Origin: Rhodobacter capsulatus SB 1003
GTDB taxonomy: Bacteria; Pseudomonadota; Alphaproteobacteria; Rhodobacterales; Rhodobacteraceae
NCBI RefSeq assembly: GCF_000021865.1
Contig: NC_014034.1
Location: forward strand, 3,420,001 to 3,452,000
Direction: 5' to 3'
Length of the DNA: 32,000 nt
The translations under genes and the position numbers were made by a program. Below the pieces are notes generated by a model that worked only from the letters and a program-made list of their open reading frames with translations, ran no database searches and was not told the DNA's origin. Every line of letters begins with the position of its first letter. The stretch's first letter is position 1. Shown here one piece after another: positions 1-9,369 of this stretch.

Positions 1-222
1 AAAGTTCCAAAGCGCGACCGTGATCAGAAAGCCCACCAGCGCCCCGGTCGCCTGCCAGAAGAACCGTGTCAGGCGGGACCGCGGTCTTGCGGCCAGTTTC
101 GCCGCGATCTGCATGGCGCGGCCCTGCGGCGGCGCATCGAAGGCGGGTTGGTCGATCACCGGCGGCGCCTCGGCGGGCGAGGCGGGCGGGGCGTCCAGTT
201 CCAGAATGACAGGTCGTTTCAC
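1..222 (-). CDS. ycjF: YcjF-like (DUF697) inner-membrane protein, N-terminal part only; the gene runs off the window
   Basis: Absent from the ORF track because it has no stop in the window. The reverse strand from GTG at 222 overlaps the upstream stop at 219-221 (GTGA). It translates to [74 protein letters not shown]. That is a Pro/acidic N-terminus, a basic patch and a first TM helix, the YcjF layout, and it sits immediately downstream of a ycjX-like gene. Confidence 0.6.
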   Translation of the reverse strand, partial: MKRPVILELDAPPASPAEAPPVIDQPAFDAPPQGRAMQIAAKLAARPRSRLTRFFWQATGALVGFLITVALWNF

Positions 223-1667
223 AGCTTGTCCCCGATCAGGAATTCGGCGGCGCGGTCGATGCGGATATGCGGCGGGCCCTCGCCCGGGCGCAGCACGCCG
301 GGCGCGGGCGCAAAGTTCATCAGGCCGAAATCGGCATCCAGCCACTCCTCGGCGCCGTCGCGGGCGGGGGTGAGGAGTTCCGCGGGATCGGCGGGCAGCT
401 CGCCCGGATACAGCGCGACCGAGCGGCCATCGGCGAGCCGCCCCCGCACCGCGGGCAGGTCTTCGCCGGAATGGGGAATGATGTCTTCGGTCGTCGTGCG
501 CAAGCTGGCCAGCGACATCGCCGCGGTTTCCGCCCCGGCAAAACTGGCCCGGTCCTTGGCCTCGCGCAAAAGCGCCTCGGTGATCGCGGTCAGTTTCGCA
601 TGCTGGATGTGGTGCAGATGGTCGGCCTTGGTCGCGGCAAAAAGGATGCGTTCCACCCGTTTCGCGCCCAAAAGCGTCAAGAGGAACCCGGGCACGCCGG
701 GGCGGAAGGCCGTCAGGATCGCCGCCATCGACTGGCGCAGATCTTCCAGCGCGGCAGGCCCGGCATGGATGGCGCCCAAGACATCGACCAGCACCACCTG
801 CCGGTCGATCCGAGCGAAGTGGTCGCGAAAGAAGGGCTTCACCACCTCGCGCTTGTAGGCGTCAAAGCGGCGTTCCATCTCGCGCCCCAAAGAGTCGCGC
901 GGATAGCTGGCGGGCGGGATCGGCGCGAAGGTCAGAACGGGCGAGCCCGCCATTTCCCCCGGCAACAGGAACCGCCCCGGCGAGCAATCGGAAAACCCCG
1001 CCTCGCGCGCGGCGATCAGATGCTCGGTGAAGCTCTCCGCCAGCGCCTTGGCCGCGGTTTCCGAAAACCTTGCGTAAAGGTCGATCTCGTCCAGCGTTTG
1101 CAGGAAGGCATCCGAGCCCGGGCGGCCGGGCAGACGGTCAAGGACGCCCGCCGACCAGTCCTCGAAGCTTTTCTCGATCAGGCCAAGGTCCAGCAGCCAT
1201 TCGCCGGGATAATCCACGATATCCAGATGCACGGTGCGGGGCTTGTAAAGCGCACCCAGCATCCCCGAGGGCTGCAGCCGGAAGCTGAGCCGCAGTTCGG
1301 AAACCGCCCGCGTGCCCTCGGGCCAGGCGGGCGCGGGGCCGGTCATGCAGGCGAGATGGTGTTCGTAATCGAACCGCGGCACGGTGTCGTCGGGCTGCGG
1401 CTTGAGATAGGCGGCGCGGATCCGCCCGGCCCCGGTCAGCGCGGGCATCCGGCCGCGGTCGAGCAGATTGGCGACCAGCGAGGTGATGAAAACCGTCTTG
1501 CCCGCCCGCGAAAGCCCGGTGACCCCAAGCCGGATCACCGGCTCGAACAGGGCTTCGGAAACCGAGGAGCCAAGCCCCTCGATGCTGCGGCCGATGTCCT
1601 CGGCAAGGTCGGTGATGCCCACTGCGCTGCCTTTCCCGGTCATTCTTGTCATGGCGAAGATAGGCAT
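219..1667 (-). CDS. ycjX: YcjX-like P-loop NTPase (DUF463)
   Basis: ORF 219..1715. It has the Walker A context [24 protein letters not shown] typical of YcjX, is about 480 aa, and is followed by a ycjF-like gene. The start is uncertain: in-frame ATGs at 1667, 1652 and 1643, none with a strong SD. Confidence 0.82.
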   Translation of the reverse strand: MPIFAMTRMTGKGSAVGITDLAEDIGRSIEGLGSSVSEALFEPVIRLGVTGLSRAGKTVFITSLVANLLDRGRMPALTGAGRIRAAYLKPQPDDTVPRFDYEHHLACMTGPAPAWPEGTRAVSELRLSFRLQPSGMLGALYKPRTVHLDIVDYPGEWLLDLGLIEKSFEDWSAGVLDRLPGRPGSDAFLQTLDEIDLYARFSETAAKALAESFTEHLIAAREAGFSDCSPGRFLLPGEMAGSPVLTFAPIPPASYPRDSLGREMERRFDAYKREVVKPFFRDHFARIDRQVVLVDVLGAIHAGPAALEDLRQSMAAILTAFRPGVPGFLLTLLGAKRVERILFAATKADHLHHIQHAKLTAITEALLREAKDRASFAGAETAAMSLASLRTTTEDIIPHSGEDLPAVRGRLADGRSVALYPGELPADPAELLTPARDGAEEWLDADFGLMNFAPAPGVLRPGEGPPHIRIDRAAEFLIGDKL

Positions 1668-1749
1668 AGCGGCCGCCGATTCACAGAGGGGAAAGCAGCG
1701 CACCCCCGGGGGCATTGCGCAAAGCCAAAAGCCGCGCTATCGCCGGGAC

Positions 1750-2517
1750 ATGCCCAGATTTGCCTTCAGGATCGAATATGACGGCGGCCCCTTTGCCGGG
1801 TGGCAAAGGCAGGCCGTCCTGCCCTCGGTGCAGGGCGCGGTGGAGGCGGCGCTGGCCCGGCTTGAACCCGGAGAGCACACGATTGCCGCGGCCGGGCGGA
1901 CCGATGCCGGGGTGCATGCGACGGCGCAGGTCGCCCATGCCGATCTGGCGAAGGACTGGGACCCGTTCCGGCTCTCCGAGGCGCTCAACCACCATCTGCG
2001 TCCCGATCCGGTGGCGATCGTGGCCTGTGCCCGCGTCGGCGACGATTTCCACGCAAGGTTTTCCGCGCGCGAGCGGCGCTATCTGTTCCGGCTGGTCAGC
2101 CGCCGCGCCCCCGTGGTGCATGACCGCGGCAAGGTCTGGCAGGTGCAGAACCCGCTTGATGTCGCGGCGATGCGCGAAGGGGCGGCGCAGCTGATCGGGC
2201 TGCATGATTTCACCACCTTCCGCGCCGCGATGTGTCAGGCGAAATCGCCGGTGAAGACGCTCGACGAGATCACGATCGAGGAGATCGCCCTGCCGAGCGG
2301 GCGGGAATATCGCTTCCATCTGCGGGCGCGCAGCTTCCTGCACAATCAGGTGCGCTCGATCGTCGGCACGCTGGAACGGGTGGGGGCTGGCGCCTGGGCG
2401 CCCGAGGATGTCGGCCGGGCACTGGCCGCGCGCGACCGGGCGGCTTGCGGGCCGGTCTGTCCGCCGCAGGGGCTTTACCTGTGCGGCGTCGGATACCCCG
2501 AGGATCCGTTCGCCTGA
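1750..2517 (+). CDS. truA: tRNA pseudouridine(38-40) synthase TruA
   Basis: The internal ATG at 1750 of ORF 1468..2517 gives [21 protein letters not shown]..., with [11 protein letters not shown] (catalytic Asp motif) and a length of 255 aa. The upstream ORF extension is antisense to ycjX and is rejected. Confidence 0.93.
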   Translation: MPRFAFRIEYDGGPFAGWQRQAVLPSVQGAVEAALARLEPGEHTIAAAGRTDAGVHATAQVAHADLAKDWDPFRLSEALNHHLRPDPVAIVACARVGDDFHARFSARERRYLFRLVSRRAPVVHDRGKVWQVQNPLDVAAMREGAAQLIGLHDFTTFRAAMCQAKSPVKTLDEITIEEIALPSGREYRFHLRARSFLHNQVRSIVGTLERVGAGAWAPEDVGRALAARDRAACGPVCPPQGLYLCGVGYPEDPFA

Positions 2518-2518
2518 A

Positions 2519-4516
2519 TCATTCGGCGGGCAGGTCCGCCGCCTGCTCGGTGCGTTGCGCCTGCACGACCTGGCATTGCAGCGCCGAAGCGGGCAGGCTT
2601 TGCGGCGCATATTCCGGCACCGCCCGCGCCACCACCGCGATCACGTCGGTATCCGAGCCGCGGTCGATCGCCTCGCGCAGATCGCGCAGCGCCGCCGCCG
2701 TGGCCAGTTCCGACAGGTGATCTTCCCGCACCGAGATGATCTTCGGATGCGCCGTCGTCTGCGCGCCCTTGCGCACCATCAGTTCCTCGTGCAGCTTTTC
2801 ACCCGGACGCAGCCCGGTGGTGACGATCTCGATATCGCCCTCGGGGTTGCGCGCGTCGCGCACGGTGAAGCCCGAAGTCTCGATCAGCCGCCGCGCCAGA
2901 TCGATGATCTTCACCGGCCTGCCCATGTCCAGCACGAAGACCTCGCCGCCCTCGGCAAAGGAGCCCGCCAGCAGCACCAGCCGCGAGGCCTCCTGGATCG
3001 TCATGAAATAGCGCGTCACCCGTTCGTCGGTCAGCGTCACCGGACCGCCGCGGGCGATCTGTTCCTGAAACAGCGGCACGACCGAACCCGAAGAGCCCAG
3101 CACATTGCCGAACCGCACGATCGAGAACACCGTCCGCGCCGGCCGCGCCGCCAGATCCTGCACGATCAGCTCCGCCAGCCGCTTCGAGGCGCCCATCAGA
3201 TTGCCCGGCCGCACCGCCTTGTCGGTGGAGACCAGAACGAAGCGCTTGACCTGCGCATCCCGCGCCGCCCGCGCCAGCACGGCCGTGCCCAGCACGTTGT
3301 TCGCCATGCCCGCCCGGGCGTTGATCTCGACCAGCGGCACATGCTTGTAGGCGGCAGCATGCAGCACGATGTCGATGCCGTAGCGTTCCAGCACCTGCAT
3401 CACCTGCACCCGGTCGGCGACCGAACCCAGAACCGCCACGATCTCGACCCCGGTCGCCTCGGCCAGAAGCCGCATCTCGGCCTCGGCATTGTAAAGCGCC
3501 AGCTCGGACAGTTCGTAAAGCACCAACGTCTTCGGACGGCAGGCGACGACCTGACGGCACAGTTCCAGCCCGATCGAGCCGCCGGCGCCGGAAATCAGCA
3601 CATTGGCATCGCGATAGGCATTGCGGCCCGCGGTCAGCTCGTGGTTGAGCGGGTCACGGCACAACAGCGCCGCGGCGCCGACCGGGCGCATCAGGTCAAG
3701 CAGCTCCTGACCGCCGTGGATCTGCGTGAAGGCGGGCAGGCTGTGCACCTGCAGCCCCAGCTTTTCCAGCCGCTGCGACAGGAAGGTCTGCTTGTCGGTC
3801 GACACCGAGGGCATCGCCAGAATGACCTGATTGATCTTGTATTGCTCGATCACCCGGGCGGCATGGACGCCGGAATGGATCGGCACGCCGTTCATCGTCA
3901 TGCCCGCCAGCGTCGCGTTGTCGTCCAGAAAGGCGCAGACGACGAAATCGTCGCTGTCGCGCAATTCCCGCGCCAGGGCCATGCCGGTGCGGCCCGCGCC
4001 ATAGATCGCCACCCGCGACAGGGTGCGGGAATTGCGATAGATCGCGGTCAGGATCTGCGTCAGCGTCAGCCGGGTGAAGAAGAAGACGGTGAAGTAAAGC
4101 AGCCCGAAGACCACATGCAGCCCCGGCGACTGCTCGACCGCGGCCAGGTTCGATTGCACCGCCGAGGTGATCGCCAGCACCGAGGCGAGGACCGCCGAAC
4201 GCCCCACCGCCTCGCCCTGATATTCGCGCAGCTTGATCCGCGACAGGCCCAGAAGGCTGCTCAGCACCCCGGCTTCGGCGATCAGCAGCGGCTGCTCGAG
4301 CACATGCGCCCGCAGAAGCGGCAAAAGGGCGGTGCCCTCGTTCAGCAGCACCAGCGCAAGGCAAAAGCTCAGCGGCACCAGCAGAAGATCGATCGCCATC
4401 AGGATCGAGGACTTCTGCCTGCGGCTGAGCGAGATAATGGACTTCAAGAGCACCGCCAGCCCCGCTCCGAGATATGTATTGCGAGTGCAGCATAGCCGGT
4501 GCCCGGTTTCGGTCAA
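2519..4516 (-). CDS. Membrane-anchored nucleotide-sugar 4,6-dehydratase, CapD/WbpM/PglF family
   Basis: 665 aa. Several hydrophobic N-terminal helices are followed by two Rossmann motifs (IYGAGRTGMALA and LISGAGGSIGLEL) and a C-terminal SDR dehydratase core (VLVSTDKAVRPGNLMGASKRLAE). Confidence 0.9.
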   Translation of the reverse strand: MTETGHRLCCTRNTYLGAGLAVLLKSIISLSRRQKSSILMAIDLLLVPLSFCLALVLLNEGTALLPLLRAHVLEQPLLIAEAGVLSSLLGLSRIKLREYQGEAVGRSAVLASVLAITSAVQSNLAAVEQSPGLHVVFGLLYFTVFFFTRLTLTQILTAIYRNSRTLSRVAIYGAGRTGMALARELRDSDDFVVCAFLDDNATLAGMTMNGVPIHSGVHAARVIEQYKINQVILAMPSVSTDKQTFLSQRLEKLGLQVHSLPAFTQIHGGQELLDLMRPVGAAALLCRDPLNHELTAGRNAYRDANVLISGAGGSIGLELCRQVVACRPKTLVLYELSELALYNAEAEMRLLAEATGVEIVAVLGSVADRVQVMQVLERYGIDIVLHAAAYKHVPLVEINARAGMANNVLGTAVLARAARDAQVKRFVLVSTDKAVRPGNLMGASKRLAELIVQDLAARPARTVFSIVRFGNVLGSSGSVVPLFQEQIARGGPVTLTDERVTRYFMTIQEASRLVLLAGSFAEGGEVFVLDMGRPVKIIDLARRLIETSGFTVRDARNPEGDIEIVTTGLRPGEKLHEELMVRKGAQTTAHPKIISVREDHLSELATAAALRDLREAIDRGSDTDVIAVVARAVPEYAPQSLPASALQCQVVQAQRTEQAADLPAE

Positions 4517-4583
4517 CGGGATGCATCCAAAATCAGCGGCTTGTCGCTAAACCATTGCAAAAAGGACGCGCCATCGGCGGCAA

Positions 4584-5189
4584 TCAGCTTATCATCCGTG
4601 CAATGGTGCGCCCGATCAGCCGCAAATCGAGGCAGACAGAGGCGTGACGCGCATAAATCAGGTCAAGCTTCGCCTTGGCCGGGATGCAGATGCGGCAATA
4701 GAGGCGGTCGGTCTCGGCGGCGCTGCGCGAACGCGCCAGCAGCCATTCCTCGTGCCGGTGGTAGTGGATCGAGGCAAGCCCGGTCACGCCGGGACGCGAT
4801 TTCAGCACCTCGGCATAGATCTCCGGGAAGCGCTCGACATAGGAGCGCAGCGGCGGACGCGGCCCGACAAAGCTGATGTCGCCGCGCAGGATGTTCCACA
4901 GCTGCGGCAGCTCGTCGAGCCGGAAGCGGCGCAGCACCCGGCCGACCGGGGTGATCCGCCCGGCCTTGTCGCCGCCCGAGACGCCCGCATCGGTGGCGAC
5001 CACGGTCATGGTGCGGAACTTCCACAGCCGAAAGGCGGTGTCGGGCGTCTTCATCCGCTCGGCGGCGTAGAAATAGGGGCGGCCCTGGGTCAGCGCCAGC
5101 GCCGCCAGCACCACCGCCGCGATCAGCGCGATCACCGGCAGGATCAGCAGCGCGAAGCCGATGTCGAAAAGCCGTTTCGTCAAGGTCAT
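4584..5189 (-). CDS. Small (PglC-type) undecaprenyl-phosphate sugar phosphotransferase (bacterial sugar transferase family)
   Basis: The ATG at 5189 gives MTLTKRLFDIGFALLILPVIALIAAVV... (201 aa), with a single N-terminal re-entrant helix and the hallmark motifs KFRTM and DELPQLWNILRGDISFVGPRP. This start overlaps the stop of the upstream SDR gene (ATGA at 5186-5189). The 512-aa track ORF is an artefactual extension. Confidence 0.9.
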   Translation of the reverse strand: MTLTKRLFDIGFALLILPVIALIAAVVLAALALTQGRPYFYAAERMKTPDTAFRLWKFRTMTVVATDAGVSGGDKAGRITPVGRVLRRFRLDELPQLWNILRGDISFVGPRPPLRSYVERFPEIYAEVLKSRPGVTGLASIHYHRHEEWLLARSRSAAETDRLYCRICIPAKAKLDLIYARHASVCLDLRLIGRTIARMIS

Positions 5190-6070
5190 GCCCGTCCCTC
5201 CTCCAGCCGCAGATCGGCGATCAGCCCCGCCGCGGTGACCGGCAGATCGGGCACCAGATCCAGCGCCAGCGCCCGCGCGACCGCCAGCTCCACCGTGGCG
5301 ATCGCCCCGGGGGGCGCGGGATCGGCCTGCCAGCTTTCCCCCGCCGCGCGCAAGAGCGCCTCCATCCCCACCACCCCGGGCAGCGCCAGATTGATCACCC
5401 CGGGCAGGGCCGCGCCGCTGGCCGCCAGCCGCACCAGCCGCGCCAGCCCCCGCGCCAGCGCCTGCGGCCCGATATAGCTGCGCCGCGGCGCAAGACCGTC
5501 GGGGAAAACATGCAGCCGCCGCCCGCCCGGCGGCGCGGGCTGCCCCAAAAGCGCATCCGCCCCCGCGACATTGCCGATCCGCAGCACCACCGCGCCGGGC
5601 CGCCCGGCGGCCACCGCCTCCATCGCCACCTTGGCGCGGCCATAGTCCGAAACCGGCGCGGGCGCGTCTTCCTCGGCACAAAGCGGACCGGCGGGCCGTC
5701 CGTAGACCGCCGCCGAGGAGGCCAGCAGGACCGGCCGCCCCCCGGCGCAGTCCAGAACCGCCGCCGCCAGATCGCGATGCGCCGCCATCTCTGCCGCCGT
5801 GCCCCGGGTCGGACCGGCCAGCAGCAGCACCGCCTCTGCCGCCCGCACCGCGCGCACAAGGGCCTCGGGCGCGGCCAGCGGATCGAAGACCACCGTCGGC
5901 CCGCCGAAAGCGGCGAAGTCCCCGGGCCTGCGGGCCTGCCACACCAGAGGCGGCGCGGCGGTGCCGGGCAGGCTCCAGACCCGCCGCAACAGCCCGCCCA
6001 ACCGCCCGGATCCGCCCAGAACGAGCAGGCGCGGAAACTCTGGCTTGAGGTTTGATGTGAATGACCGCAT
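5186..6070 (-). CDS. NAD-dependent epimerase/dehydratase family SDR (probable 4-keto reductase or epimerase)
   Basis: 294 aa, with N-terminal LLVLGGSGRLGG (GxxGxxG) and a catalytic YGRAK (YxxxK). It is translationally coupled to the sugar transferase. Confidence 0.78.
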   Translation of the reverse strand: MRSFTSNLKPEFPRLLVLGGSGRLGGLLRRVWSLPGTAAPPLVWQARRPGDFAAFGGPTVVFDPLAAPEALVRAVRAAEAVLLLAGPTRGTAAEMAAHRDLAAAVLDCAGGRPVLLASSAAVYGRPAGPLCAEEDAPAPVSDYGRAKVAMEAVAAGRPGAVVLRIGNVAGADALLGQPAPPGGRRLHVFPDGLAPRRSYIGPQALARGLARLVRLAASGAALPGVINLALPGVVGMEALLRAAGESWQADPAPPGAIATVELAVARALALDLVPDLPVTAAGLIADLRLEEGRA

Positions 6071-6154
6071 AGACTTGGCTGCCGTGGATCTGCTGACTCG
6101 TCGTTGCAGCGAGCCTTAGCACCCGATGCGCGGCGCGGAAACGGGGGAACGTGA

Positions 6155-7279
6155 ATGGCTTCGAAACCGGGACTCATCGTCGCCGTGATGCTGGCTGTGG
6201 CCGCTTCGGGCTGCACCTTGCCACGCGGCGCGGCGATGCAAAGCGAGATCCTGAAGAACGCCTCCGACAAGACCCCGGAATTTTCGCATTATCCCGTCGA
6301 TTCAAAGCTGCTCGCCGATCTGCCGCGCTGGCCCGCGGGCAAGGTCGCGTCGCACCGGCGCGCCTGGGTCAAGGGCGGCACAGGCGGCGCCGGGCAGGTT
6401 CTGGCGGCGGGCGACACCGTGTCCCTGGCGATCTGGGAAGGCGGGCAGAACAAGCTTCTGACCAGCGAGGGCGCCCCCACCACGCAGATCGCCCCCACCA
6501 CCGTCTCGAACAGCGGCCAGATCTTCGTGCCCTATGTCGGCGCGGTGAAGGTCTCGGGCCTCAGCGTCGAGGCCGCGCGCGAAAAGGTGCAGCAATCGGT
6601 CACCGCGCTGATCCCCGAGGCGCAGGTGCAGCTGGCCGCGACGCCCGGCAAGGGCAATGCCGTCTCGCTGATCGGCGGCGTGTCGAACCCGGGCACGATC
6701 CCGCTGATCGACCGCTCGCTGACCGTGCTGGGCGCGATTTCCGAAGCCGGCGGCGTGCAGGGCGCGATCGAGAACCCGCAGCTGCGGCTTTACCGCGGCG
6801 GCAAGGTCTATGAAACCTCGTTGCAACGCGTGCTGGACGATCCGGCGCTTGATACCGGGCTGCGGCCGGGCGACAAGCTGATGGTGCTCAAGGACGATCG
6901 CAGCTTTCTGGCGCTCGGCGCCTCGGGGGTGGAGAAGATCATCCCCTTCCCCAAGGATCACGTGAACGCGCTTGAGGCCGTGACGCTGGCGGGCGGCATC
7001 AGCGACACCCGCGCCAATCCCAAGGGCGTGCTGATCTTGCGCGAATATCCGGCCAGCGCCGTGCGCAGCGACGCGACGCAGGGGCCGCAGAATGCCCGGG
7101 TGGTGTTCTCGATGGATCTGACCTCTTCCGAGGGGCTGTTCTCGGCGCAGAATTTCGAGGTGCAGGCGAACGATCTCGTGCTGGCCACCGAAAGCCCGCT
7201 GGTCAACACCCGGACGATCCTGGGTCTCTTCGGCTCGACGCTGGGTCTGGCGCGGACGGCGGACACGATCACGAACTGA
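6155..7279 (+). CDS. Polysaccharide export outer-membrane lipoprotein, Wza-like
   Basis: 374 aa. The lipoprotein signal is MASKPGLIVAVMLAVAASGC. It has the polysaccharide export motif GDTVSLAIWE followed by repeated SLBB-like segments (GAVKVSGLSVEAAREKV, GGVSNPGTIPL). SD GGGGGAA lies upstream of ATG 6155. It is divergent from the glycan-priming genes. Confidence 0.85.
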   Translation: MASKPGLIVAVMLAVAASGCTLPRGAAMQSEILKNASDKTPEFSHYPVDSKLLADLPRWPAGKVASHRRAWVKGGTGGAGQVLAAGDTVSLAIWEGGQNKLLTSEGAPTTQIAPTTVSNSGQIFVPYVGAVKVSGLSVEAAREKVQQSVTALIPEAQVQLAATPGKGNAVSLIGGVSNPGTIPLIDRSLTVLGAISEAGGVQGAIENPQLRLYRGGKVYETSLQRVLDDPALDTGLRPGDKLMVLKDDRSFLALGASGVEKIIPFPKDHVNALEAVTLAGGISDTRANPKGVLILREYPASAVRSDATQGPQNARVVFSMDLTSSEGLFSAQNFEVQANDLVLATESPLVNTRTILGLFGSTLGLARTADTITN

Positions 7280-7360
7280 TCCCCTGTCCCCGATACAATC
7301 CGGTCTCTGGACCTTTGGGCGCGGCTGTGGCTAGGGTCGCGGCCGACAAAGGAGACCGTC

Positions 7361-8227
7361 ATGGCATTCGGAACGAATATCCGCACCTGGTTCGAGGGAC
7401 GCTGGCACGAGGGCGACGTCGCCGTCATGCGCGCGGCCGATCACGGCATCTGGCAGGGCTCGTCGGTTTTCGACGGCGCGCGGCTGTTCGACGGGCTTGT
7501 GCCGGATCTTGACCTGCATTGCGCGCGGGTGAACCGGTCTGCCACGGCGCTGATGATCACGCCGACGATCGATCCCGCGGAGATGGTCGGGATCGCCCGC
7601 GAAGGCCTGCGCAAATATGCGAAAGGCGCCGCGGTCTATATCCGGCCGATGTATTGGGCGCTTGACGGCTCCGATCTGGGCGTGGCCCCGCAGGAGGGCG
7701 CGACGGGCTTTGCGCTCTGTCTGGAAGAGGTGCCGATGCCGCCCGCCGACAGAACGACAACCCTGACGACGACGCAATTCCGCCGCCCGGTGCTGGCGGA
7801 CAACGTCTGCAACGCCAAGGCGGGCTGTCTTTATCCGAACAACGCCCGGATGCTGGTCGAGGCGAAGCGCAAGGGCTTCGGCAATGCGCTGGTGCAGGAC
7901 GCCATGGGCAATGTCGCGGAATCGGCGACGGCGAACGTCTTCATCGTGAAGGACGGCGTCGTGCTGACGCCCATCGCGAATGGCACCTTCCTTGCGGGCA
8001 TCACTCGCGCCCGGCACATGGCGAACCTGCGCGCCGCCGGGGTCGAGGTGCGCGAAGCCGTGCTGACGCTCGAGGACGTGCGGGCGGCCGATGAGGTGTT
8101 CCTCTCGGGCAACTTCGGCAAGGTGACGCCGGTGACGGGCTTTGACGACGTGACCTATGCCCATGGCCCGATGACGAAACGCATCCGCGAGATCTACATG
8201 GACTGGGCGCTGTCGTCGCCGCTTTGA
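7361..8227 (+). CDS. ilvE: Branched-chain amino acid aminotransferase (class IV PLP aminotransferase)
   Basis: 288 aa. It starts MAFGTNIRTWFEGRWHEGD..., contains GSSVFDGAR, and has C-terminal ADEVFLSGNFGKVTPV. SD AAAGGAG lies 6 nt upstream of the ATG. Confidence 0.82.
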   Translation: MAFGTNIRTWFEGRWHEGDVAVMRAADHGIWQGSSVFDGARLFDGLVPDLDLHCARVNRSATALMITPTIDPAEMVGIAREGLRKYAKGAAVYIRPMYWALDGSDLGVAPQEGATGFALCLEEVPMPPADRTTTLTTTQFRRPVLADNVCNAKAGCLYPNNARMLVEAKRKGFGNALVQDAMGNVAESATANVFIVKDGVVLTPIANGTFLAGITRARHMANLRAAGVEVREAVLTLEDVRAADEVFLSGNFGKVTPVTGFDDVTYAHGPMTKRIREIYMDWALSSPL

Positions 8228-8283
8228 GCCAGTTGCCAAAGGGTCCGGTTCCGGTCCATGATGCCCGCAATCCGGAGGACAGG

Positions 8284-8739
8284 ATGCGCAAGTTTCTCGT
8301 GGTGCTGGACCAGACCCGCGAATGTCTGAATGCGATGCGTTATGCCGCGATGCGGGCGGCGCATACGGGCGGGGGGGTCACCATCCTGTCGGTGATCCCG
8401 CCCGACGATTACCAGCACTGGATCGGCGTCGCGGAAATCATGCGCGCCGAGGCCCGGGAAACCATCACCGCGCATTTCGAGGTCTTCGCGAAATGGATGC
8501 GCGACAAGCAGGGGGTGAACCCCGATCTGGTGATCCGCGAGGGCGATCCGGTGACCGAAATCATGGGGCTGGTGCGCGAAGATCCGGAAATCGGCGTGCT
8601 GGTGCTGGGCGCGGGCACCGAAAAATCCGGCCCGGGGCCACTGGTGACGCAGCTCTCGCGCAGTTCCGGCAGCCTGCCCATTCCGCTCACCATCGTTCCG
8701 GGCGACATGTCCAAGGAACGGCTGGAATCGATAACCTGA
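8284..8739 (+). CDS. Universal stress protein (UspA family)
   Basis: The ATG at 8284 is preceded by GGAGGACAGG. The product reads MRKFLVVLDQTRECLNAMRYAA...VLVLGAGTEKSGPGPLV... (151 aa). The 8224 start in the ORF track is less likely. Confidence 0.78.
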   Translation: MRKFLVVLDQTRECLNAMRYAAMRAAHTGGGVTILSVIPPDDYQHWIGVAEIMRAEARETITAHFEVFAKWMRDKQGVNPDLVIREGDPVTEIMGLVREDPEIGVLVLGAGTEKSGPGPLVTQLSRSSGSLPIPLTIVPGDMSKERLESIT

Positions 8740-8749
8740 GGCGCCAATC

Positions 8750-8778
8750 TTGACGGTTTCGGTCGGCGCGCGCATATA
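8750..8778 (+). promoter_or_regulatory. Candidate sigma-70 promoter for nfu (TTGACG-N17-CATATA)
   Basis: TTGACG at 8750-8755, a 17-nt spacer, then CATATA at 8773-8778, about 25 nt upstream of the nfu ATG. Pattern match only. Confidence 0.35.
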
Positions 8779-8802
8779 AGCCGCAAGCCAAGGCGGCATC
8801 CG

Positions 8803-9369
8803 ATGTTCATCCAGACCGAGACCACGCCGAACCCCGCCACGCTGAAATTCCTGCCGGGCCTTGACGTGATGCCCGAGGGCGTGGCCGATTTCACCTCTGT
8901 CGAAGCGGCGCAGGTCTCGCCGCTGGCGGGGCGGATCTTCCGCGTTGCGGGCGTCAAGGCGGTGTTTCTGGGCGCCGATTTCGTCACCGTGACCAAGGAC
9001 GAGGCCACCGAATGGGCCCATGCCCGCCCCGCGATCATGGGGGCGATCATGGAACATTACCAATCGGGCCAGCCGGTGCTGATGGGCGCGGCGGCGGGCG
9101 GCCACACGACGGGCGGCGCCGACACCGGCGAAGACGGGGCGATCATCAGCCAGATCAAGGAATTGCTCGACACAAGGGTGCGGCCTGCGGTGGCCCGCGA
9201 CGGCGGCGACATCACCTTCCACGGCTTTGAAAAGGGCGTCGTCTATCTGCACATGCAGGGCGCCTGCGCGGGCTGCCCCTCCTCCACCTACACGCTGAAG
9301 ATGGGGATCGAGAACCTGCTGCGCCACTACATCCCGGAAGTGAGCGAGGTCCGCGCCGTTGCGCAGTGA
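8803..9369 (+). CDS. nfuA: NifU/Nfu-type Fe-S cluster scaffold or carrier (Nfu_N + NifU C-terminal domain)
   Basis: 188 aa. It starts MFIQTETTPNPATLKFLPG (Nfu_N domain) and has C-terminal VYLHMQGACAGCPSSTYTLKMGIEN (CxxC). Confidence 0.87.
   Translation: MFIQTETTPNPATLKFLPGLDVMPEGVADFTSVEAAQVSPLAGRIFRVAGVKAVFLGADFVTVTKDEATEWAHARPAIMGAIMEHYQSGQPVLMGAAAGGHTTGGADTGEDGAIISQIKELLDTRVRPAVARDGGDITFHGFEKGVVYLHMQGACAGCPSSTYTLKMGIENLLRHYIPEVSEVRAVAQ

Noticed and set aside
4584-6122. A 512-aa ORF suggesting a large fusion protein ending in the sugar-transferase domain.
   Set aside because: The N-terminal roughly 310 aa are Gly/Arg/Ala low-complexity sequence read from an alternative frame of the SDR gene (5186..6070). 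The transferase domain starts cleanly at ATG 5189, with an ATGA overlap to the SDR stop.
7283-7360. A possible RBS-sequestering pairing upstream of the aminotransferase gene (CGGTCTC at about 7311 with GAGACCG overlapping the SD) and a TACAAT -10-like hexamer at 7295.
   Set aside because: The 7-bp arms are separated by about 35 nt with no supporting inner helix. No acceptable -35 lies 17 nt upstream of TACAAT. This is not distinguishable from chance.
8224-8283. N-terminal extensions offered by the ORF track for several genes. Affected genes: usp 8224, rimI 9898, BMP 10432, PNP 15275, TauE 16112, RAM 18140, helicase 19784, ecm 22028, secreted protein 21890, GT21 27048, phosphoesterase 27851, bioY 28617, bioN 29257, cydD 29633, truA 1468.
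   Set aside because: In each case the extension overlaps the neighbouring gene or lacks an SD. An internal start with an SD and/or a start-stop overlap gives a protein with the N-terminus expected for its family.
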